From assembly GCA_964016885.1 (NCBI GenBank), contig OZ024743.1:27466001-27530000 (forward strand): a stretch of DNA of 64,000 nucleotides, in the 5' to 3' direction. The notes under the pieces were generated by a model. That model ran no database searches. It was not told the origin of the DNA and worked only from the letters and a program-made list of their open reading frames with translations. Shown in pieces: positions 53,612-64,000 of the stretch. Within the stretch, counting starts at the first letter, position 1. Each line of letters opens with the position of its first letter. The stretch comes from Eledone cirrhosa. Lineage: Eukaryota. The position numbers and the translations under genes are program-made.

Positions 53612-55694
53612 TTAATTAAAGGCTAATTAGTCTCTAATACCCAATGATTTCAACTAAAGAAATCTCCCAGAGAAGCAATATTATATATTAAAATCAAATG
53701 AGAAAAAATCTAATTCTAGGAGTATAAACAAGATATATGAAAACATTTTCTATCTAACTTCGCTTATATATAGATCTTCCTCCATGGTTTCTTATGGTGA
53801 AGAATTATTAGTGGAACCACCAATAATTGAAGAATCATCCATACTCTTAAGAGCATTATAATTCTTCACCGTCTGTTCCTTATTTCCCCTTGATTATTAT
53901 ACAGGTGTAATGACTACACCATGTATACGACAATATTGTTATATTAACATATTCTCAGTAAACTGTATATAATGCTTATTGTATGTGTTTCTACAGTTAG
54001 TCAGGGAGAGAAAGATAGTGCCTGTTACTATCTTCAGGACATACGAAGCTAGTGGGAGGGAAGGAAAGCATTTGTCCGAATGCTTAAAACGGAATGGTTA
54101 CTGCTAACTGCACCCAGAGGCGAGATTACATCTAACACCAAAATTAAGACTACCATGCTTGCTTCGTGTTACATTTTAAGAAAAAAAAATATTTACAAAT
54201 TCAAATATATGTTCGGAATACTTCGCAGACATTTATCACCACATTTACTATTGATAGTGCTAGAAGAGTGATTAAAATAGTTATTGAGTAGCATGGCAAA
54301 ACTATTGATTTCTTGTTCTGCAATGAACATGCTGTTAGCGAGGCCTGAGGAACATCTGCAATATCAAACATTTGGGATTTTGTATGGAGTATTTGGTAGA
54401 TTATTGATTAAATTCGATTTGAATATTTCACGGCAGACTCATGAACTCGTTTTACCAGTTTATTATTAGAACTATTGACTTACTGAAAGATGTGATTTAT
54501 ATTCACTTCTCTTATTAGTGACACTTACATCTATCTATTCGCTGTAGTATTGTCTTTAACGGGATGGAGTGTTTGATGATGTATTCTTATATTTAGTCAG
54601 AATAAAAAGAATACATTATAAGTAAGAGCACATAATGACTCGGCTAGTCATATATTTTAGGTTGCCCTGATAAACTAGAACAATTATAGTTTTAGTAACT
54701 GAATGTGTGGGAATCACACGGTTTTGTTAGATACAACCACCAAATATTAAAGATCAATATGACATGTTAAATGTTAAACATAAAAATTACAGTACTTAAT
54801 TACATATATACAAACAAGAAAATAAATCGAATAAATTTATGATTAAAACAACACAAATGGAATAGCTTACTCATATATAATTTGAAGATATTTATTTCCC
54901 CTTCACCATCTGTCTCTCATGCGTACGTACTCACACACATTCTCTTGTCAAGGCATTTTCATACTTGTTACACATATTTCCACTGCATTTCCATAAAGAG
55001 GTAATCAGGGTTGACATTGAGTTAAGTAATAACAAACACAAAATCATAACATCAACCATAAAAACAACAATCTCAAGAGATTCGAGATTCCAAGATTATC
55101 CACAGTCTGTGGGAGCCTTCAACCATAATTAGAAATGCCATCCCGCCTCCTAGTAATAAAGTAAAAGCTGGTTTTGTTTCTTTGGTTTTCTGTAACCTAC
55201 AAACTCGTTTAGAAGATTCTACCTTATTGAAAATGATGGCTATTTATCGATTTCTTCTCTCAAAATCGATATGGTTTTCAGTTAACAAATTCTAAAATAT
55301 GTTATCTTAAATCCCACAAATATTTATTAACTAGAGAAAATAACTTGGTGTTATTACAATGATTTCTTAATTAAACATGAGATCTCAAACTTACAATGTA
55401 GAATAAACATACGATTTTATATGTTTATATGCTATAGGCTATCGGATTCTATAGAATAAACTTAGAAATGCATCTGCAAACTGATTAAAATTAATTAGTT
55501 ATATTGAACAGTCGTAAATGGATATAGGTTTCAACAGAACGAAATGGATCGGCTTGAGTATAGTTTCGAACATTTATACATTTTCATCAACTTTTATTAC
55601 TGACCACTGTGAAATTATATTTAATGTTTCTATTATTAAAGAATATATTTAAGCTAACATACCGATTTGAATATTTGGTGTATTATCAATTACA

Positions 55695-55881
55695 AGGCGG
55701 TGAATTGGCAGTATCGGTAGTGGGTCGGACATCATGCTTTCCAGCATAGTTACGTCCCTTTACGGTATCAGTTCAAATCCTGTTGAGGTTAACTTTGCCT
55801 TTCATCCTTAGGGGGTCGATAAAATAAAGTACCAGTAATGCATTGGGTAATTGCTGGCCTCGTGCCCAAAGTAAAAACAAT
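55695..55881 (+). mobile_element. tRNA-derived Meta-like SINE with a 14-bp TSD
   Basis: TSD TATTATCAATTACA at 55681-55694 and 55882-55895. Confidence 0.88.
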
Positions 55882-57987
55882 TATTATCAATTACACTTTG
55901 AGTAACTAAATATCTGCTGCGCTAGCGTTGTTTATTTGTTATGCTATTATATAATAGACAAGACACGTATATGTTTTAGCTGACTCTGCATAAGTAAAGT
56001 AATTAGAATTAATTATCTATATTTAACAGTCGTGAAATGCTGTCCTTTCGTTTATACAATTTCACGGCTTGAGTATAATTATAAAGCTTAAGTTATCACC
56101 GACTACTGTTTAACTTATACTTTACATATCACTGTAAAATTGTATTTATTTAATTAAAATATTGTATTCGGTTTAATGCAGCTCTTAAAAATAATGGTTT
56201 AAATACGATTCCCATTGGTTTGTTAAGGGAAGTGTTGCTGATGAGAATATATTGACGTTAGAGACTATAACTTTGTCGATTCTTCAATTTCCGTCCAAGG
56301 TGTCAAAAAGAGAGCCATTTCCGACTGTCCGATGTATTGAATTGCATGTAATTACTGTGTTGCAGGCTAAAATCTATAAATCGGTTCTCTAGCATAGTTA
56401 GTATCAAAAGCAAACACTCTTACGTATTAGTAGTATATTTTAAAAGCTTATTATAAGTTGTTAATCATTTTTAACAGAGCTTTAAGAAAATGAAAATATG
56501 TACTTGACTGGTTATTATTTCATCGACAGAGATAACTTGATTTAAAAACCACAAGATATTTCGTCCATTAATCCTACTATTCTGTCATCTAAACGATCAT
56601 GAGAATGATCAATGATTTAGCAGGAGGTGCAAACTCGATAACCTTGGCTCAGTATTTTCCCGGTCCTTTATTGTGTATAACCTGGTGGGATGAAATGCTA
56701 GTTTCCCCTTCGTGGAATAAAACTCAAATTGTAAAGATATGGAACAAATAAGAATGGTTCTGTCATGGGTAGAAGACAAAAAGCTCTGGTAGTTGGGGAG
56801 GAGATTGAAATATTCACTCATATTGACCCTTGTACTTCACTGGGAGTTTCCGGATTCTTCTTTGATGCTATGGTTATTGTTTAGCCTTGGTCAGTCCTGA
56901 CGTAACTTGATGGCGTTCAGCCTAAATTCATTAGGAGGGATATTTTTAGGCATTGGTTATCAAAGACTACATTATATATCATGTCCTCCACTTTTCAGGA
57001 CGATAAGATGTAGTCTAACAGAAATTTTGCTGATATTTCTAACAAGTAGTACCAGGTAAAGGATTTCTTGCTGACTTGTTTTAAGGATGATATGCATGCC
57101 CAATGGATTGAAACTTAGAATGTAAAATATACATAATTAAATACTGCAAGGCATTTTATCAGCTTTGCTAGGAATTGCATTCTATTTATTATAACAAAAA
57201 AAAAGCTTTTCTAAGAGCATAATGCCTCGGATTCTTGTGGAGAGGATACAATCGATTAAATCTATCCAATATTTAATTAGTGTTTGTCTTATCAATCCTG
57301 TAAAGACGAAAGACTTGGAAAATCTTGGAGTGATTTAAACGCATGCTATCAATCCCCCTTATATTAAGAAACATAATCAATCCATCAACTCAAAACTGTC
57401 ACCCATTTTCAGCGAGGTTACTACAGGACAGGACTTCTCCTTCAACTCCCATTGATACGCTATTAGTATGTTTAGTTATAGAGAATTTGCTGAAATGAAG
57501 GATTGGATAGTGCTTCCATTCATGTATATCACGTTACCCTCTTCGTCATAGCAATCAGATTATTGATTTATACCTATCCGTGTATCGCTGATAAATGCGG
57601 TGGAGCAATGTTTATAATAAACGTTGATAACATCTGCATTCCCGCCATACGCTATAAGTATTGTGCTAGAAGTCAGCAATCCTTGACCCGTTGAAAAAGA
57701 GAACAGTTTCATCGTTCTCTACGCATCTGAGATAACTCTGTCCGACAACACATCCGTACCTGAGTAGTCTCTCTAATCTGTTTCAACATTTGGTACGGAT
57801 CCAGCTATTTGAAAGGAGGGAAAGTCGATTGAATTTACTCCAGTGTTTTACTGGTACTTTATATTATCGGCTTCGTAAGGATAAAAAGCAAAGCTAACCT
57901 TAGAACGTAAATGCAAGTACATATATGCTGCAAAACATATTGTCGACGCTCTACCGATATTGCTAACCTTTACATAATATTAATAAT

Positions 57988-58176
57988 TGTTTCTACTTTT
58001 GGCACAAGGCCAGCAATTATACCAGTGTATTACTGGTAATTTATTTTATCGACCCCGTAAGGATGAAAGGCAAAGTTAACCTCGACGAGGTTTGAACTCA
58101 GAATGTAAAGGGCCATGACTCTATGCTGTAAAGCATGGTGTCTGACGCTCTACCGATACTGCCAATTCACCGCCCT
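57988..58176 (-). mobile_element. tRNA-derived Meta-like SINE (an older copy lies adjacent at ~57820-57965)
   Basis: Family match; flanking duplication ATATTAATAAT at 57977-57987 and 58180-58190. Confidence 0.85.
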
Positions 58177-59110
58177 TATATATTAATAATAATCCAAGAT
58201 AAAGTCCGTGAAACCCTTAACTACCATAGTTCATATCCTACATTTAATATCTATTTATTCGATGAAATGATATCTAACATGGGCATAACTGTATATGTTT
58301 TGTGGAAATGCATATACAAATGCAGCTCTTAACGATCCAGGAAGAATGAAAATCAAAATCTGCCATAGCGGAATTTGAACATAGTTCATAAAGGATGTAA
58401 AAATATGCAAGGGATTCTGTTCATCATTTTATCTATCGAGTCAACCCATTTGATATATTGACAAACTATTGTTCAACGTTATACGATACAGTAAATTACT
58501 AGCTTCTACTTCCTTAGCGAACAGTTTAATATCGATAAATCACAGGTGTTCGTCTGCCTGAACGGAAAGGTTAATTGAGTTATTTCGAACACCACATGCT
58601 AAAAAACATTTCCAGAACAGGTTTCTTCAGAAACATAAATTTGCCAATTTACTGAACAATTTCAGTGTTAGATCCTAAAGGTATAGTTAACGTTAATAAC
58701 AAAACTTTCTATTTCACCAATTCCGATTCATGCTACTTTTTCTGTGTGTGTTAATGTGTTTGTCTTATGTAGAATTGAATGAATTTAAATCATCGCACCA
58801 GTATATATTTTAAAGAAATTCTATATTTCTTTTTCTTTTGCAGATATTCTAGTTTAATGAAGCAGTATTTTCTTTTTGTCGTCATATTCTCGTAACACTG
58901 TAACTTCGGGGAGATTGATATAATGTTCAGCAAATATTTCAGAATCATGCAATTTAAATTACTTCATATTGTCATTAATATATTGCATTGAATTGTAGAT
59001 TTTTTTGTTAGCGTGTTATATATCTCAGTAGTAATATCACAATCAGTTCTGGCAGCATCATCGGCTAATGGAATCATGATATATAGTATATGTGATCAGT
59101 GTGTAAATAA

Positions 59111-59195
<85 letters not shown>

Positions 59196-59201
<6 letters not shown>

Positions 59202-59927
59202 GATATTTAGTAAAATCGAATCTCTGGTGATTTGCAAGCAAATTCGGCCTACTTATGAGGTGATGAGTTAGCAAAGCACTCGATAAGTTAGGTCCTTAGA
59301 GTAATAACATACGTTTAAATAGCTTGACAAATCTAACATTGTGGTAGGCAAAATCTAGCCCACAATAACATACCAAAGTAACGATAGAACTAACAGGTTC
59401 TGGACAAATCAAACGATTATACGCTTAAAGTGTTTCTATGAAACCGAAATCACATATCAGATTTACGTGACTGGCTAGCTCCAGGTATATTTAATCGAAC
59501 AGAAGATTCATTTTATCAACAGGTTTTCGTTCAACCAAGGACGGGGTGATAGGCTAAATGTTGCTGCTGTGTCGCGGCGTATTGTATCTATAGCTGTACG
59601 TGTTTTTTGGCGGGTCATTCAAAATGTTAGATAAAGGAAATATTTTAATTCCCGTTAATCATCAGCATAAGCTCTCGACCAGATGTTATAAAACAAACAT
59701 AAATAATTAACCAATCAACAGAATTGTCTAATTAAATTAATTAGTTAATTATTAAATCTAGGAGAATAATATAATTGGATATTTAGTAAAATCGAATCTC
59801 TGGTGGTTTGCAAGCAAATTCGGCCTAATTATGAGGTGATGAGTTAGCAAAGCACTCGATAAGTTAGGTTCTTAGAGTAATAACATACGTTTAAATAGCT
59901 TGACAAATCTAACATTGTGGTAGGCAA
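59196..59927 (-). mobile_element. Non-coding unit of ~575 nt with a ~155-nt terminal direct repeat, between (TA)n tracts (PLE pseudo-LTR-like)
   Basis: 59196-59351 is repeated at 59770-59927. The minus strand has CTGATGA at 59659-59665 but no clean downstream GAAA arm. Confidence 0.65.
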
Positions 59928-59948
59928 TATATATATATATATATTCAG

Positions 59949-59997
59949 GCTTCCTGAAGATTTCATCTGAATGAAACAGTACTAGTCCTGTAGAAGC
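59949..59997 (+). ncRNA. Type I hammerhead ribozyme, canonical core (family I), in PLE terminus 59945-60087
   Basis: GCTTC CTGAAGA tTTCatctGAAt GAAA CAG tactagtc CTG TA | GAAGC. Confidence 0.8.
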
Positions 59998-60084
59998 TCC
60001 TTCTATAAAATAAAAAAATTTTACTCTGCCATGTATTGAGTACCTTACTTACTGTGGTTATCCCCGACTCAACCCGGGACCTAC

Positions 60085-60133
<49 letters not shown>

Positions 60134-60263
60134 AGTGAGGTTTTTTTTACAAAATGAAAAATAACCGAGGTGTCCTACACGAGTGAAAGTATAAAGAAAA
60201 AGAGATGAAATCGAAAATGCAACTGGAGCCTTATTTTTTTTAAAATATATATATTTATTTGGT

Positions 60264-60332
60264 TCCTTTACCGGTTTCGCAGTTCTTCTGCTTTTGAAAA
60301 GCAGAAGAACTCCGAAAGCAGAAGAACTGCGA
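60264..60332. ncRNA. Rearranged hammerhead halves (family J, UUGAAAA core) forming a local fold-back
   Basis: Plus: CTT TTGAAAA GCAGAAGAACT(C/G)C GAA. Minus: GCAG aagaa CTGC GAAA CCGG TA | AAGG. Confidence 0.5.
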
Positions 60333-60606
60333 ATGTAAAAGTTCTATTTAAATTGTTGGGATACAGCAAGCAAATATTTTTATAACTGATATAAAGCACT
60401 CAACAAATATTTGGAGTAAAAATACGATATTATTATACCTACAACTCCACTATCTGGGAGCTTCCAACAGTAATGGTTGCATTCTTTAAGGGTATGTCAA
60501 TATTTATTTATAAAACTGATCTATATTATATATTATCTATCTATATTTAACTTGGTATAATGAAATAAATATGGTTTTATAAATATAGTTTCCATTTGTA
60601 ATATCG

Positions 60607-60674
<68 letters not shown>

Positions 60675-60795
60675 AACATTAGGAGAAGAATACTGCAGGT
60701 TGCACATGGATTACATATTATAAAATTAGTCCCTCATCAGTGATTTGCCAACCATCATTGGTATTTCATCGCATTTATGTGTAATATATATATAT

Positions 60796-61005
60796 ATTTA
60801 TTAAAATAACAGATTACAGTTTAAGCAAAGAATCGCTGATTTCACCCTTAACGGGATCTTCTGAAACTAGAAAAGTCAATCTGTGAACGCAGAAGTAAAT
60901 ATTCCCAAAAACGTTGCAACCGGAGGAAGACAGGAAGACGATACTTTGGTTCGTGGAAACGTTCCTTATCGAGCCCTCGTTGGATTTTTCTCTTCAAATT
61001 TATTA
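60796..61005 (-). mobile_element. ~202-nt HHR-containing unit (family M) bounded by an 8-nt direct repeat ATTTATTA; HHR at 60818-60868
   Basis: Both ends match pieces at 48260-48415; CAGAAGA core; TA-rich flanks. Confidence 0.65.
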
Positions 61006-61009
61006 TTAT

Positions 61010-61085
<76 letters not shown>

Positions 61086-61339
61086 ATATATATAAACGAA
61101 AAAAATAGAACAAAATGTCATTTCCCACTCTTATTACTTAAATACACGTACATACATATATGTATACAGACGTACAGTAGTATGTATATATATATACATA
61201 CATGCACTTATATATATATGTACGTATGGATTCACCGATCATTTATTATAATGCTCGGTGTGTTTGTAAACAAACATCCCGTATTAAGCCGTAGTGTCTA
61301 GCAACGATCGTTGCTCGTTTGTTCAACACTGACAAAGGA

Positions 61340-61382
61340 ACGCTGTACTAGTTTCAAGCTTATTAGCTATCGTCAGCAACGT
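61340..61382 (-). ncRNA. Minimal type I hammerhead ribozyme, canonical core (family Q)
   Basis: Minus: ACGTTG CTGACGA t AGCT aata AGCT t GAAA CTAG TA | CAGCGT. Confidence 0.78.
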
Positions 61383-61395
61383 ATACCTTCCTGCC

Positions 61396-62035
<640 letters not shown>

Positions 62036-62037
<2 letters not shown>

Positions 62038-62745
62038 AACTTTGAATAACTTTGAAATGTTTTGGCCAGTATTGGCCCAGGCCATGTCTAACTTAATAGC
62101 ACCACCTGGCGAAGTCTTTCAATTCAGGATGTGGGCACCATGGCCCATTCGAGAAGGGAATTACTGTTTGCGGAGACATATCCGGGTGTGGGTGGTTTGT
62201 CCGGGATTACTTGGAGGAATTTGTCCAAAGACTTCTTGAATTTTGTGTGGTCAGTTTCTGTTTTGACGTGTCCTGGTGTGATGTTGAAGAGAGCAGGGCC
62301 GATTGAGGTGAAATAATTGTGCCGTATTGTTGTTATGAGTTGCGATTTAGATTTTTGAATGGGACGGATAGCACGGAGCCCAAGCCTTGGGTGTATCTTG
62401 AAGGCGATGCCAACATCATTTGGGCAGTGATGATGGAACATTTTCCACATCATGCAGATAATATAACGCTCACGGCGACGTTGGAGTGAGTAAAGTTTCA
62501 GGTTTTCTAGTAGACCCCAGTAGTCAAGGTCTGACATGCCATCTATATTTTCGTGATTGCCCTTTGAGGAGCTTCAAGTTTCATGATACTTTGTTTCGTG
62601 TGGGGAGACCACAATGGACAACAGTATTCAAGGTGTGGTCGGGCAAAAGTAGAGAAGAGAAGGATAATGGTGTGGGAATCTCTCGACTGGAAGGTTCTGA
62701 GGATCCAGGAACACATTCTGCGGGCCACGTCAACTTTGCTGCTTA
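62036..62745 (-). mobile_element. CR1-group LINE 3' fragment (RT C-terminus)
   Basis: [29 protein letters not shown] / [27 protein letters not shown]; one frameshift; short tandem tail (TTCAAAGTTA)x2. Confidence 0.85.
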
Positions 62746-62761
62746 TATATATGTATATATG

Positions 62762-62793
<32 letters not shown>

Positions 62794-62837
62794 TGTTTAT
62801 ATGTATATATATATATGTATATATGTATATATATATG

Positions 62838-62872
<35 letters not shown>

Positions 62873-62893
62873 GTATATATATATGTATATATG

Positions 62894-62924
<31 letters not shown>

Positions 62925-62945
62925 GTATATATATATATATGTATA

Positions 62946-62984
<39 letters not shown>

Positions 62985-62986
62985 AT

Positions 62987-63315
62987 CTAAGGCGGGTAAA
63001 ATTCCCGAGATCCATGGACGAGTTCTCTCCAGCGGCCTCTGTCCCTCATCATCGCTGCCATATCCTGCATCTCCAACAGACCAGTGTCTGTCCTTAGGGC
63101 ATCAACATATGTTAACCTTGGTCTTCCTCTTCTAGTGTGTCCATGTAGGGGCTCCCAAAGGAGCACTGAGTGCAATGTCAACTCTGGATGTCGGTGAGCA
63201 TGTCCAGCCAACCTCAGTCTTCTCTGTGTCACTTTTGAGCTGACTTTTGTGATACTCCCATACAGCTCTGAGTTTTTCATCCTCAGTGTATACTGATTAA
63301 TGTTCAGAGCCATCC
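62987..63315 (-). mobile_element. RTE/RTEX-group LINE 3' fragment
   Basis: [57 protein letters not shown]. Confidence 0.82.
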
Positions 63316-63321
63316 ATTAAA

Positions 63322-63675
<354 letters not shown>

Positions 63676-63696
63676 TATATATATAAACATATATAT

Positions 63697-63754
<58 letters not shown>

Positions 63755-63755
<1 letters not shown>

Positions 63756-64000
63756 GTGCTGGAACACTGGAAGGTAATATCCGTAGTGGTAGAGCACTCA
63801 GTCCATGGGACGAGTTAGGTAGAAGTGGTTACACAACAGTTAGTTCTCCATAACGAGAACAATTGTTTCACCTTAGCGGAATGGGCATGGTTATAGGAAC
63901 AGGAAGGACAACCGTATGAACGCGCATGCGCAGAAAACAGGTCACTTCACACAGGCAATACTAGAATGTGTCAGAGAGGTGTAAGCGAGATAACTGCAAA
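63755..64000 (-). mobile_element. PLE-like terminus running off the window edge
   Basis: Minus: GAAA CAATTG TT (HHR 3' half, ~63855-63870), subterminal TGAGTGCT, abutting (TA)n. Confidence 0.5.

Noticed and set aside
57475-57715. Protein-looking minus-strand frame (MKLFSF..YGGNADVINVYY..*SDCYDEEGNVIYMNG)
   Set aside because: Internal TAA stop, no recognisable domain, no clear splice sites.
58540-58636. Minus-strand CTGAAGA..CGAACACCTGTG hammerhead-like pattern
   Set aside because: Helices I and II do not close convincingly.

Overview
AT-rich, microsatellite-dense animal DNA, probably an octopod cephalopod (inferred from the SINE families and repeat landscape, not verified). Almost all ORFs in the supplied track are microsatellite or antisense artefacts. 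The real content is retroelement debris. There are Penelope-like elements (PLEs), including one nearly intact RT + GIY-YIG ORF at 34542-36252 and a 3.5-kb fold-back at 49514-52980. There are also fragments of RTE, CR1, Vingi/Ingi-like, CRE-like and R4-like LINEs, two tRNA-derived SINE types, a non-autonomous Helitron and a hAT MITE. Two short exons may belong to a host gene. The main finding is a dense set of type I hammerhead ribozymes (HHRs), folded here by eye: about 25 intact or partial copies from more than a dozen unrelated PLE-terminal or retrozyme-like units, nearly all next to (TA)n tracts. Several families have non-canonical cores that a CUGANGA search would miss: the compensated UUGANAA (U3-A8) core in four unrelated families, and CAGAAGA in another. 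Some have very large helix II insertions. One 330-nt unit shows conserved head-to-tail junctions consistent with a circular-RNA template. A short YGAGTRC(T) motif recurs near the microsatellite junction of many unrelated families. No ribozyme activity has been tested, family letters are my own labels, and element boundaries are approximate.
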